Assembly (NCBI RefSeq): GCF_018350175.1
Contig: NC_058373.1
Location: forward strand, 107,386,001 to 107,450,000
Direction of reading: 5' to 3'
Length of the DNA stretch: 64,000 nt
Origin: Felis catus
Taxonomy: Eukaryota
The notes beneath the pieces were generated by a model that saw only the letters and a list, made by a program, of their open reading frames with translations, searched no databases and was not told where the DNA came from. Every line of letters starts with the position of its first letter. The first letter of the stretch is position 1. Positions 1 to 12,600 of the stretch are shown piece after piece. The translations under genes and the position numbers were made by a program.

Positions 1-662
1 CTCCTCTATAGGTGTAACAGACTTTTTTTAAAAATTGTTTTTATGCTTACTAGCAATGAAAAAATGAAAATTCAGAGCAAGGAAATATTCACCTGAATCA
101 ACATATTTTAGTTTCCTTTATGTTAAGCAGTTAGCTGATAAGCTAGTTTGAACCTGACTTCCAGGATAGAATACTTTTGAGGTTATGTTAATTTCTTTGT
201 TTTCAACAAGGACAGTCTTGATGATAGATCAATTAGCAAGTCCTGAAGAATTAATGTAAATGGTGTGGTAATTCCTGTTATAAGAGATACTTCTTAGAAC
301 TCTTGAAACTCCTCCTTCCCCCAGGGTATCACGTCTACTGTTGAATTGAGGAAGTAGCCTGGCAGAGTCCTGTGTATCTGAGCTCAGTTCAGAATTGTTT
401 AGAATGGGAAGTGTTTTTAAAGCACTATGGAAAGCTAATTAAAATTGAACTTTGAAATAAAGAAAACGCAAAACAGTGTGAAAGTAAAGGTTAATGTTTT
501 CTCTCAAATGTTTTTAGAAGATCTATATGAGAGTACTACACTTTTTAACCTGTTTTCTTAAAGTATAGATCATTGAAGACATATTTATTACTTAATTTCA
601 TTGACTTTGCTAAAACAGCAAGGCAGGTAATTTCTTTAGGTCTGAGTATTAGAAGTATTATT

Positions 663-871
663 ATTTTTTTTAACATTTATTTATTTTTGAGACAGAGACA
701 GAGCACGAACGGGGGAGGGTCAGAGAGAGAGGGAGAAACAGAATCCGAAACAGGCTCCAGGCTCTGAGCTGTCAGCACAGAGCCCGATGCGGGGGCTTGA
801 ACTCACGGGCCGCGAGATCATGACCTGAGCTGAAGTCGGACGCTTAACCGACTGAGCCACCCAGGCGCCCC
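663..871 (-). mobile_element. CanSINE (SINEC_Fc-like)
   Basis: Reverse complement of GGGGCGCCTGGGTGGCTCAGTCGGTT head, (CT)n and A-tail; TSD agaagtattatt at 651-662 and 872-883. Confidence 0.95.
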
Positions 872-1576
872 AGAAGTATTATTTTTGAATAATATTAAGA
901 GACTAAATTTAATATCTCTTAGTACATATGCTTTGTGTGTTGTTGGCTTTTTCCTAACGTAAAATGAATCTCAATATGCCGTATGATTGATGACAAATAA
1001 GAAACTCTGCAATTAAGAGAAGATCTGTTTATTTAAGAACTCTCAAAGGCTGTAAAAGATTATACTTGGCTATATGTGAAGGATAAATGTTGTGCAATAA
1101 TGCCCCTGAGTTCCCCTTTTATAATAAATCTCAGCTGTGTGTTCAGCATAAGGGCTCAGTGCCAAAAAGAACAGGTTCAACTTGTCTGTGAGGATTTGCA
1201 CCACAGTAAAGTGCACAACTGCTTTTGTAGAGGTCACTGTAGAGGTCACAGGCATGTACAGTTGAATGAAAGCAACTTTAAAAACATAGTAGAACAGATA
1301 GTGTTAAGATTCAAGAATCAGTGTTAATTTAAAACATTAAAAGGGGAGAAAATCATAAGAATCCTTACGTACATTTTTCACTTTATATGTTTTCAAATGG
1401 ATTTCAAACAATTTCTTTGGCACCTTGGGCCAGCATATTTTAGAAGAACTTCATGAACACTTTAATAGTAATTGTCCAGACTTGGAAACATTGAGTATTT
1501 TAATGTTTGTTAATGTCTGAGCAGTGCTCTGAACAGAGTTCATATAATAAAGGTAGGATATGACCATAGTAGAATG

Positions 1577-1578
<2 letters not shown>

Positions 1579-1624
<46 letters not shown>
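1579..1624. repeat. (TG)n microsatellite
   Basis: Pure TG run of about 23 units. Confidence 0.95.
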
Positions 1625-1626
<2 letters not shown>

Positions 1627-2961
1627 TGGGGGTGGGCGCAGAGGAGTGTGGGTAAATTCTAATGAAAATACAGATGTGATCTAAAGGAGAATGCTTCCAA
1701 GGGTTGTATTTCTCCTCAGCTTATTATTGAGAGATTTAAAATTAACAACAACAACAACAACAACAAAGAAAATGCTGTCTTATATGACTCATTCCCTCCA
1801 GATATCTCACAAATACTTTCATATATTTGTGGTAAGTAGAAATAACTTAGAAATAGCAGGCAGAGAGACTATAGGACCCATGACTCCAGCCGGTGCAAGT
1901 TTTGAGTTTAGTATAATGAACACCAGAAAATGATAAAACTAAGTAATTATATAGATGCAGAGTTTACCTAGAATTGTGTTTTACCCAGAGTTGTATTTGG
2001 TCATAGAGTGACTGTTTCTTTTTTTTTTTCCTTTTCCTTTTTCTTTCTCTTTTTTTATTTAAATGTGATGAAAATGGCAGGCAGCCATTGTTTTCAGTAT
2101 TGAGATTAATTAGTAATCTGTTGGAATATGCTTCAGCAAATGCAGCTGATTGGCAGTAGCACCTGTCTCAGCAACTGGTAGAATGTTCGTGCTTTCATCA
2201 AGCCTGTAATTTCCAGAAGGGCTTCAAAGCTGTGTTCATTAAAGTCTCCCATACTAATCACTTTCTTTGTCCTCTGGGGCACTTTTACTAAATGTACCTT
2301 TCTATTTTTATTTATTTATGTATGTGTTTATGTATGAAGGTTATAAAATAAAGTTAATTTTTTAAATTTAAAAACTAAAATGATGTGATAGTCTGTGTAC
2401 TATTATATTTGTGGAACCATCATTTATGCTTAGTGAACACATAATGTTCCCAGGTGAAAAATTTACAAATATTGTGATTTCTGTGCATTGCTTTTGTAAT
2501 TCATATCATAAACATAAAACATATCTGCCAATATGAAAAATTGTGTGTTAAAATATAGTAAAAATGTGATTTAAAGGACGGATCATTATAGTCAGCTTTC
2601 TAGGAAGGTAGTTTATTTCTACGTTGTTAGGAAGTATTCTTTCTAGTTGAAATAGTCTTTCTGGTTCACATTTCAAAATATATTTAATTTACATGGATTT
2701 ATAGACAAGGCACCAATTTGTATTGTTGTTTGAGAAAGGTAGTATTTTTGCTTGTTATGAAAAGAAGTATGAAATGCTCAGAGAGTATTGAAAAAGGATG
2801 AAGAAAAAAATAAAAAAATATGAAGCACATATTTCAGCACAGGTGAAAGTTATGTCATTCTAAATGTATTATGGAAAAAGTGAACATGAATATTTTCCAA
2901 AAGTAAAGTTATATGTTTTAATGAACTACGGTAACTTTCATTTAAAAAGCACCTATATACT

Positions 2962-3392
2962 GGGGCATCTGGGTGGCTCAGTCGGTTAAGGGTCTGATTT
3001 CAGCTCAGGTCATGATCTCATGGTTTGTGAGTTCAAGCCCTGAGTCGGGCTCTGTGCTGACAGCTCAGAGCCTGGACCCTGCTTTGGATTCTTTGTTTCC
3101 CTCTCTGCCCCTCCCCTGCTTGCAGTCTGCCTCTCTTTCTCTCAAAAATAAATAAACATTAAAAAAATTTTAAAGGGGCGCCTGGGTGGCTCAGTCGGTT
3201 AAGCCTCCGACTTCAGCTCAGGTCACAATCTCACGGTCCGTGAGTTCGAGCCCCGCGTCGGGCTCTGGGCTGATGGCTCAGAGCCTGGAGCCTGCTTCCG
3301 ATTCTGTGTCTCCCTTTCTCTCTGCCCCTCCCCCGTTCATGCTCTGTCTCTCTCTCTCTCAAAAATAAATAAACGTTAAAAAAAATTAAAAA
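2962..3392 (+). mobile_element. Two CanSINEs; the younger (3175-3392) sits in the A-tail of the older (2962-3174)
   Basis: Two heads; outer TSD aaaaagcacctatat; inner TSD aaaaaaattttaaa. Confidence 0.93.
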
Positions 3393-3589
3393 AAAATTTT
3401 AAAAAGCACCTATATGCCAATATTTTTAAAAAATGAGCACTTCCTAATTTATGTTTCATAAATATAAAGACATATTGTTAACTGCTTGAAAATAGAATCA
3501 GTTCTGGTGGTGTATCCTTTCTATCATGTCTTCACAGTGCCTAATATCCACTAAATGTTTGGATAAATAACTGAATTTTCATACTGTAG

Positions 3590-3750
3590 TCCTGCAGTAG
3601 AAGAGTGCTTGGTGGATTCTGGCAGTATAGAGTTTAAAATCTGGGTAGCTTACTTGGCCTCTGGAAACATCAGTTTCTTTTCCTGTAAATAGGCATAATA
3701 AAACTTATTTCAAATGTATATGGAGTGCCCAGCCTAGTGCATGGCATATT
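3590..3750 (+). mobile_element. MIR fragment
   Basis: MIR core-like cagtttcttttcctgtaaataggcataata and 3' cagcctagtgcatggcatat. Confidence 0.55.
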
Positions 3751-3905
3751 TCTGTGTCCTTTGCATGGAACCCCGCTGCTAATAATCACATCCCATATCT
3801 GTGTGACTTTAGTAAAAAGGCAAAACTGCAAGTGAAAAGGGAATCACAGAATCCTAAACATTCTATTCTATTCTATTCTATTCTGCATTTAGAAGGTAGA
3901 GCTAC

Positions 3906-3987
3906 AGGTGCCTGGCTGGATCACCTGGTGGAGCATGTGACTGCTGGTTGGTTCAAGCCCCACGTTGGTTGTGGGATTGCTTTAAAA

Positions 3988-4070
<83 letters not shown>
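3906..4070 (+). mobile_element. Short old CanSINE with A-tail decayed to (TA)n(GA)n
   Basis: ggtgcctggctggatcacctggtggagcatgtgact...ttcaagccccacgttgg head followed by an A run, (TA)n and (GA)n. Confidence 0.8.
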
Positions 4071-4077
<7 letters not shown>

Positions 4078-6480
4078 TAGTATTTTTGCTTGTTATGAAA
4101 AGTATGAAATGCTGAGAGAGTATTGAAAAAGGATGAAGAAAATAATAAAAAAATATATATATTTTTAAAGAATGTAGATCTAATTGCATGGTGGTTTTTG
4201 TGAAGGTAGCAGTGGTGCTGGTGATGGTAATAGTGGTGTGTATTTGAGGAAGGTAGATTGGGGTGGTTAGGGTATTCACAGCATTTGTTATTTCCTTTTA
4301 GAACAGAAGAAAGGATAAAGTCAGTTCCAGCTTGGCTAAGTCTTTTACTTATTTTCCACAATGGGAATGGCACAGTAACTATTCATTCTGTAGTTAAATG
4401 CCCTCACATAGCACCAGATTTGTAACGTGTTTTTTGGGGAGCATGACTTGGAGTAGGGGATTGGAGTGAGTGGGATGGCCTGGGTCACTACAAAACATTT
4501 GTTCATTCGTGAAGCAAGCATTCCTAATATGTACCAAGCACTCTACTAGGCACAGAAGGTTTAGTTCTAGATAAAATATGATCTTTTGAATTATTCAGTC
4601 TCTATTTTGGTATAAAGAAGCTTTCTGCTACCTTTTCACTAAAAAATATTTCTGCTTCAGAAGACTAATAATGGTACTATGCGATACTTTTTGTTTTACT
4701 AATAGAATAATACTAATATTTGTAGAGAACTCTAAACAACTTTCTTCTTTTATTACATTCAGAAAATGTAGACTTACGTGTAAGTTGTCATTATTATTGG
4801 TTACTTAAAAGTTCACCTAAAGTGCCAAGATAAGATTTCTTTCTGGAAACTATTTTTGTAATTACTAAAAGTAAATGAACTAAAATGCTATATGCCTGAA
4901 AAGTTTTAAAAATTTCTGGCAAATTCTGTTTTTCTTAAAATTAATGCAGACTCTTTTAAGGAGGCAGGTTTTGTCTCACCAAATAGTCTCCTTGATGTTT
5001 TTCTTTTCTGATCTTTTTATAGAAACAGATATGATTTGCTGGACACTCTGTCCTCTTGGCAATGAATGGTAGTTCAGTAGCAAGACAAGCATCAGAGAAA
5101 GAATGTAAAAATAATACTTTTCAACACTGCCTCATTTATCAGTGGCTAAGGAAAAAAAAAACCTGGAACCACAAAAATAAAACAAAATAAAGTCTCTTCC
5201 TTAGACCCTACTTTGTTTTTTAAGCTACCACCATATCTATTTTCATTTTATCTTATGATTTGATGAAAATAATAATCATGTTTGCTCAATGTTTCAACTT
5301 CTTCAATTCTCATTCTTTCCTCTATCATTTATATTCTGGCTCCCACTTTTGCTACTGTCCTGAAGCTGCTCTTGGTATTGAAATTCCCTTCACTAGAAAT
5401 GCTCTTTCTTCCCTTCCATTTCAGCCCCATTTGGCCTTCATAGCCCATCTCAAATGTCATTTTTTCTCCATGAATTCAATTGAATGAACATTTAAATACT
5501 TGTCATGTTCAGCCAAGTCGTATCATATCATATCATATGTACATTTAACTTATTTGAATTCAACTGAAGTTGAAAACAACGCAAAACTGGGAGAAAAATA
5601 GCAAATAATTCTTCTTTCTTCAGTAAAAAAAAAAAAAAATTAAAACAACATGGTTGCCAAAAGCAAGCCAACTGCTATTTCTGGTTTTCCATAGAATACA
5701 TAGTAATCTATTCCAGTGCTGGAGGATTATATACAGCGATTACAATATGAATACACTAATGGATAGTTTACTTTATGGACTACTTAAAGGATTTTTTGAG
5801 AGGTTATTTTGACCAGCTTTTGCCTTGATTCTGCTGTTAGAACCTAATCCCTGTGCAAGATGTGACTTCACTGTTAACAGGTTCGTTGAACTTAGTTACA
5901 CCACTTAGTACTCTTCTAGAAGACACATTTGGACCTCTTGGATGTTTTAGGTATAGAACTATCTGAGGCAGAGATGACTAGCTTAGTTCCTTTCCTGCCT
6001 TTATCTTTGCATTTTTCAGTAATAAATTTGTATGAATGTAGTTATAGTCAAAACAGATTAAAGCACAGGGAGAAAATACTATATTCCTTTTGTATTTCAT
6101 GTTCATCTATATAGCTTGAGATCCTTGACTTTCTGAAAACTAATGGCATATATCCACGAGTATATTGCTGAACTTAGTTTCTATATAAGCCATAGTAGTT
6201 CTACACCAATACAAAGGAGTTTATAGAAATGCTTTTTAAAAAATACGCAGAGCTTGGTTGTAATTATATTTGAGATACTTTAATGGCATCAATCTTTTTT
6301 ATAGATATTATTTCCTAATTTTCTCCCATTTTAAATTTCTAATATGTTACATTTTATTTTTAAACTTCTTTCTCAATGAATAGTTTATAGTTGTGTAACA
6401 ATAAGACACAAAGGTACAATAACTACAAATACACAAATGTATTTGTGTAACAGTAACAATTCAAAAATAGAATTGGTATA

Positions 6481-6715
6481 TTATTATTATTATTATTATT
6501 TGTTAATGTTCATTTATTTATTTTGAGAGAGAGTGTAGGGGAGGGGCAGAGAGAGAGGGAGAGGGAGAGGGAGAGAGAGAGAGAGAGAATCCCAAGCAGG
6601 CTCTGTGTTGTCAGTGCAGAGCCTGATGTGGGACTTGAACTCAGGAACCATGAGATCATGACCTGAGCCGAAATCAAGAGTCGTATGCTTAACTGACAGA
6701 GCCACCCAGGCGCCT
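6481..6715 (-). mobile_element. CanSINE
   Basis: Antisense head ...gccacccaggcgcct, (GA)n, (TTA)n tail. Confidence 0.93.
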
Positions 6716-8470
6716 GTAGAATTTACATTATTAAAGGACGTTTTTCTGTGTGGTAATTTGAACACTAAGTACTCTATGTTGTAGTGAGGGGATTGCAAAT
6801 GACTTTAGTTAACAAAGCCTTAAAGTAATTCCACTGTAGTGAACAGATTGTGATGAAGTTTCCGGAGCCAGTGTGACAGAAATTGTTTTGGAGACTTGGC
6901 TTCGCCAAGTAAGGATGTAACTTTTTTAGGACCATTTGCTTTCCAGTGATGAACAAGAAGCTTAAGCCTAGCTAGATATAGAAATTCTTCTTTAATGTTT
7001 TAAAGCATGTCTTACATATTTGAAAGGAACTGATCATCACTAAAGAACTAAAAAACAATGGTGTTATTCCTAGTGTATTCAGGATGAAACTTCTTTCATA
7101 CTCTGGAAAAGCCTGCTTTTTTTGAGAAGGAAAATTTTGGGAAAAAAAATGCTAATTTAACTACTAGGCACCATACTTTAAAAGACAAGGAATGCTCAGA
7201 CAGGCTGATTTGTGGGAATAATCCAGCATTAGAATGCTTAAAAGAGCAAACCATAATAATTTTTAGAAAAAGTTATGTTCTGCTCATTACAAAGCATGCA
7301 TTCAGAAAGGGATTGTAGTCTCCTGATTCTAGTAGAGACTTGAGAGTTGGGATTCATGCTTGTTTTTTTCCACTGGCTGTTTCTCTGGTATATTTAGAAT
7401 CAAATTATTTTACATTAAATTTGGGGAAAATTCTTTTTATTTTTATGATACATTATGAGGTAGTGGTTTATTTCCACTTAGTGGTTATGAAATCATAGCA
7501 GGTTAGACCTGGAAGAACATCTAGTCCAACCCCCAGTTCACCCCCTCACCCCACCCCATCCCATTTTAGATTATGACAATGAAACTGAAAGAAGTTGCAT
7601 CACCTCAGTTCATTTTAGTTTGGAGGCAGTCCCCCCCATATATATTTATATATGAATATATAATTATTTCTTACCATGCAGGGTCCTGTTCCTTATTGGC
7701 CTTAATACTGTTTATTGTACATTTTGAAAGAAATTAGAGAAAGACATATCTATGGGGGAAAATGAATTGTACTTACCATGAAATTATGTGCTACCAGGAA
7801 GTTATTACTGTGCAGCTGTTGTGGTGATGACAAGCTAATATCACCCTAGAGTGATCAGAACAGCATAGTATAAAAATTGCTCTGCTTGCTACTCAAAAAA
7901 ATGAAAAGCAACTGAATTACCAAAAAAATATTATTAGAAGGAGCAGCTTGAAAGCAGTGCCAGGCATATTCTTTAAGCATTCTCTATGCCATTATAAAAT
8001 TCTGTGAGTACACACCCACCCACCACATAATTAAAAAATAGATCTACATCCATATACAAATGCATATGTATATATACACAAATGGAAAACATATGCACAT
8101 ATGTGCACATACACATTTAAGTTATTAGGACATTTACCAACATAGAAACAGTATTTCAGAAAAAAAATGATTTTCTGGGAAGTCTCCTACAGATATTTTC
8201 TCTAGAAATTATAACCAGAATTGTAGTGGTTTAATGCTCTGAGAATACTGAAATATTCTGGTTTTTAATTCTCTTGAGCAGTGTGACACATTCTATAGGA
8301 TTTGATAAATTTAATATGTGAAAGGACTCAGTTTATGAAAACAAACATCACTGTCATTGTATTCTTTTTTTCTTTGTGGTTTTGTTTTTTGTTTTTGTTT
8401 TTGTTTTTGTTTTTGCATTTAGATGATTCAGAGACTTAAAAGTAGAAGGCACAATCTCATTGAAAAGTTA

Positions 8471-8583
8471 CTAGAATGTAAGCTACCTGAGTGCAGGACT
8501 TACATCTGTTTTGTTTACTGCTGTACTTTTTAGTTTTGGACATATAATTAGTATTCAGTATTTGTTATGTGAATGAATGATGA
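8471..8583 (+). mobile_element. L2 3' end
   Basis: ctagaatgtaagctacctgagtgcaggact...tatttgttatgtgaatgaatga resembles the L2 terminus. Confidence 0.7.
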
Positions 8584-8894
8584 TTGCAACAGGATACGAC
8601 AATAACCTCTGAAATTTTGTTGAAATGAGTTCTTAAGTGGCTAGGAGGCACATTTCCAGCCCAGGGATAAAAAGCATGCACAGACTCTAGAATGAATAAG
8701 TGAAAGAAAACAATATTAAGGTGTGGAAAGGTAGAGATGTATTGCTTATGTAACTTCATAGTATATGTGATTAACAAAATTTCAATTGTTTATGCTTAGT
8801 GAGAGCATTCTTAAATTTATAGAATATGGACACCTGACTTCTCTTAGTTTTCCTAGTGTTCATATTACTATACCATATGACTGTTCACATGCCC

Positions 8895-9020
8895 TTTTAT
8901 TCATTCATCCAACAAAATATTGAGTAGCTCTTTGTTGCCATGCCGTGTGCTGTAGACATGGCAGTGAACATAGGCCCTTATGGTCTAATGGGGGAGACAG
9001 ATGTTAAACAGCTAATTATT
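8895..9020 (-). mobile_element. L2 3' end
   Basis: ttcattcatccaacaaaatattgagt...tctaatgggggagacagat. Confidence 0.65.
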
Positions 9021-9269
9021 CAGAGTTTATCAAGCTTACTGGGTTTATTAGCAAATATGGTGAAGATGAGGCTAGCCTGGCAAGTAAGTCATTTAAGCAA
9101 GACAGAAAAATTAAGAGAGTTCTTAAAATTGTGTTAAAGGCTTTTCAGAATCATTTAACCTATCATACTAAATTGCTAATACTTAATGAATACCTCTTCT
9201 ATAGTACTTAGCAGAAAATTGTATATTGGTTTATATGAAAGGGTATTCTCATTTTTAGTATTTTTTAAA

Positions 9270-9365
9270 GTTTCTATTTTAATTCCAGTTAACATCCAGT
9301 GTTATATTAGTTTCAGGTGTATGATATAGTGAGTTAATTCCACGCATCATGACAAGTGCACTCCT
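9270..9365 (-). mobile_element. Very short carnivore L1 3' end
   Basis: aattccagttaacat...ttagtttcaggtgtatgatatagtga...acaagtgcactcct, flanked by ttttagtattttt repeats. Confidence 0.7.
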
Positions 9366-10459
9366 ATGTTTTTTAGTATTTTTATTATTGCTTATTTCAG
9401 GAACCTATATACTAATGATTACTAATGAACTATGTCTGTTGCTGTTATTTTTCTTAGAAAATAATATATTTTCTTTAGTGATGTTATTCTAAATGGTTGC
9501 TGCATTGTAAAAGTGTGTGTGTGTGTGTGTGTGTGTCTCTTTTAACATAATGACCAGAAGTTCCTTAAAGTAAAAATTGTTTTCAGAGTTCATTTCTTTT
9601 CTTTTTGAATGGATTCCAGAAATCTAGAGCATAGTAACTTTTTATTTGCAATGAAATCCTGATTTTGGAGTTAGCACAAAAGGTAGTCTATACTTTTCCT
9701 TTATTTTAGGAGAAAGCATAATGATAATATTTGTAATGTATAGATGATCTAACAGTTAAGTTTTAGTAAAGTGTAAACTATTTTCATAATAGACTTGAAA
9801 TTTTCTAAGTAAGAAAAGTTAAAGAATATATTTCAAATTAATACTTAAGTTACAGCCATGTATAATTACCTTGGTCAGCATCGCTTTTCAAATGTTTGTA
9901 TATTTTTCTGAATGGGAATAAGCTGAATTTTTGAAAATCGTTCCATGTGTGCTTATATTTTTGGCAAATGATTGAAATATGATATAGGGCTCTCAGGTAT
10001 ATCTTAGAAGAGAAACAGGGGCTCCATTTTGTTACATTATAGGGGAGTAAAAACATTACTTATGCTATTGAATGTAGATTTGCATGGGTTTTTCCCCCTG
10101 AGTGTAGTGGATATTACCTTAGGTTATATAATTCACTGTGGCTCTTCTCACTACATTTTTACCCTCCATGCCTCATTTATTTATTATTTATACGACAACA
10201 ACAACAAAAGTTGGAAAGGCCCCAGTTTCATGTTGTACACTTGAAAGTCAGCAAAATGTACTTGATTACTTAATGTGGGTGTTTTTCAAGACATTTGCCT
10301 CCCCCAAATCTTATTTATTCTCATGACTTGTCCATCGCTTTGATGAGAAAGATAGCAGAATTTCTCTTGGGTTTGTTTTGTATTTTTAGCTGCCTTTACT
10401 GATAATTTGTACTTGGATATTTTGTAGTCAACAATGTTGAACTGATTTGAACCACCATC

Positions 10460-10614
10460 TTTTTTTCTTATTGAGAGAGAGCATGAGTGGGGGAGGAGCA
10501 GAGGGAGGAGAATTTTAAGCAGGTTTCATGCCCTGTGTGGAGCCCGATTATGAGGTCTCATGCCAGTGAGATCAACAGTGAGATGCTTAATGGAATGAGC
10601 CACCCAGGTGCCCC
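10460..10614 (-). mobile_element. Degenerate CanSINE
   Basis: Antisense head tgagccacccaggtgcccc. Confidence 0.85.
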
Positions 10615-10619
10615 CCACC

Positions 10620-11400
10620 AGTGATTCATTTTAAATGTACAGTTCAACTGATTTTTGTATTTATTTGCAGTTATTCTAAATTCACACTCGTAGTCGCCCT
10701 CAGTCATTAATCTACTTTCTGTAGATTTTTACCAGTTTCTGTAGTTTTACCTTTTTTGGACATTTCATGTAAGTAGAATTGTACAACATGTAGTCGTTTG
10801 CCTGGTTTCTTTCACTTAGCATAATGTTTTTGAAGTTCATTTATGTTGCAGCATGTATCAATATGTTATTCTTTTTTGTTGCTGAATAGCATTCGGCATA
10901 TTTTATTAATATTAAATTGTGAGTTAATTTTTATATTATATGAATGTACCTCATTTTCTAACTCATTCACCGGTTTATGGACATGTAGATTATTTCCACT
11001 ATTTGGCTACTATGAATAATGATGCTAGGAATATCTTGTGTCTTTGTGTGGTTATATGTTTTCATTTCTCTTGACTGGATACCTATTATTATTACCTATT
11101 AGTATTACTAATACTAAGTCAAAGTACATTATTTGTAAACTGAAGAAAAAATGCTAAACTCATTTCCAAAGGGGTGGTACCACTATACCCTCTCCTTAGC
11201 AATGTGTGAAGGGATCCAGTTTCTCCACATCCTCAGTAAAACTTTTTATTATCTATCCTTTCGATTATAGCAAATCTAGTAACTATGAAGTAGTATTTCA
11301 TTGTGGTTGTAATTTGCATTTTTCTTAAAGATTAATGATGTTGACCATCTTTTCACGTATGTATTAGCCATTTGTGTATCTTCTTTGATGAAATGTCCGT
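10620..11400 (-). mobile_element. Old L1 (L1MB-like) 3' region
   Basis: Antisense 3'UTR and ORF2-end motifs such as ttcacttagcataatgttttgaagttcat and ttgtggttgtaatttgcatt. Confidence 0.85.
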
Positions 11401-11614
11401 TAATTCAGATGTGATGTATCACTGGAGCTTCATGTAGTTTGATTTCCTTAATCTGATAATTTAGAGTCATATCATAACTGTTTTGGTGGAAATATCACAT
11501 TCAATTACCATTTTGCATCCAAACTTTTCGAGACTTTTTTGCCTCCAGTCACTTAAAAAAAACCCCAACACTTTCCTTGTAGGACTTGCTAAGACATTTT
11601 CTCTGTTGGTGACT

Positions 11615-11662
11615 TAATTTTAATTTTAATTTTAATTTTAATTTTAATTTTAATTTTAATTA
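11615..11662. repeat. (TTTTAA)n microsatellite
   Basis: About 8 perfect hexamer units. Confidence 0.9.
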
Positions 11663-12019
11663 TGTCCATGATTTGTCCTGTAAATTCTTCCAGCTTTAGA
11701 TCTGAGAAACTTGGCATCTATCTCACACCAAGTATTTTTGGGGAAAGATTGATTGAACATTACAAGGTTAAGTTGTACATCATTTATGAATTTTGTTTTT
11801 TCATTCTCATGGTAAACAGAATTATCACAGAGTAACGTTTATTGTTCTCTAAATCGCATAATTAAAAAGAATCCTCTTTGACCCTGTGTTATTTTGACCA
11901 TATTTCATTTATTAGGATTTGTAGTAAAATTTATTTTTAACTATCTAGGATTTACTTATTAATATCAAACTTTTAAATTGAGCAACCATGATTATATTGT
12001 CTAAAAATAAGATATTAAA

Positions 12020-12600
12020 AGGTAGTGTTGTATGGTAGAACCCATATGAGATAGGAATTAGGAGATTTGACTCTTACTATGTGACTTTAGGAAAATTTAT
12101 ATTTTAGCTTTTTTATTCATAAAATAAGGAAGTTAGGGGAAAAGAACATAGGCTTTAGAATCTGACAGGATTGGCTTCTGATACTCAATCTGTCAATACT
12201 GTGTGACCTTGCTAAGTCACATATCTAAACCCCTGTTTCTTATCTGTAAAGTAGGAATAATAGTATTTATCTCCTAGAACTATTGTGAATACTAATGAAA
12301 TAGTGCTTTAAAAAAAAGCCCTTATGGTCACCTGGATGGCTAAGTGGCCAACTTGGACTCAGGTCATGATCTTGCTGTTTGAAGTTGAAGCCACACGTCC
12401 AGCTCTGTGCTGACAGCTCAGAGCCTGGAACATGCTTTAGATTCTGGGTCTCCGTCTCTCTCTCTGCCCTTCCCCTACTCCCTCTCTGTCTCTCTCTCTT
12501 GCTCTTTCAAATATAAATAAACATTAAAAAACTAAAAACAAAGCAAAACCCTTAGGCCAGTGCCTGGCACCAAGTAAATAATGTGAACTGTTAATATTAC
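12020..12600 (+). mobile_element. MIR fragments interrupted by a sense CanSINE (12326-12545)
   Basis: MIR core ctgtgtgaccttgctaagtcac...tttcttatctgtaaagtaggaataata; MIR resumes after the SINE with cagtgcctggcac. Confidence 0.8.

Noticed and set aside
3754..4373. Overlapping 108-150 aa ORFs
   Set aside because: Open only because of stop-free A, (TA)n and (GA)n microsatellites.
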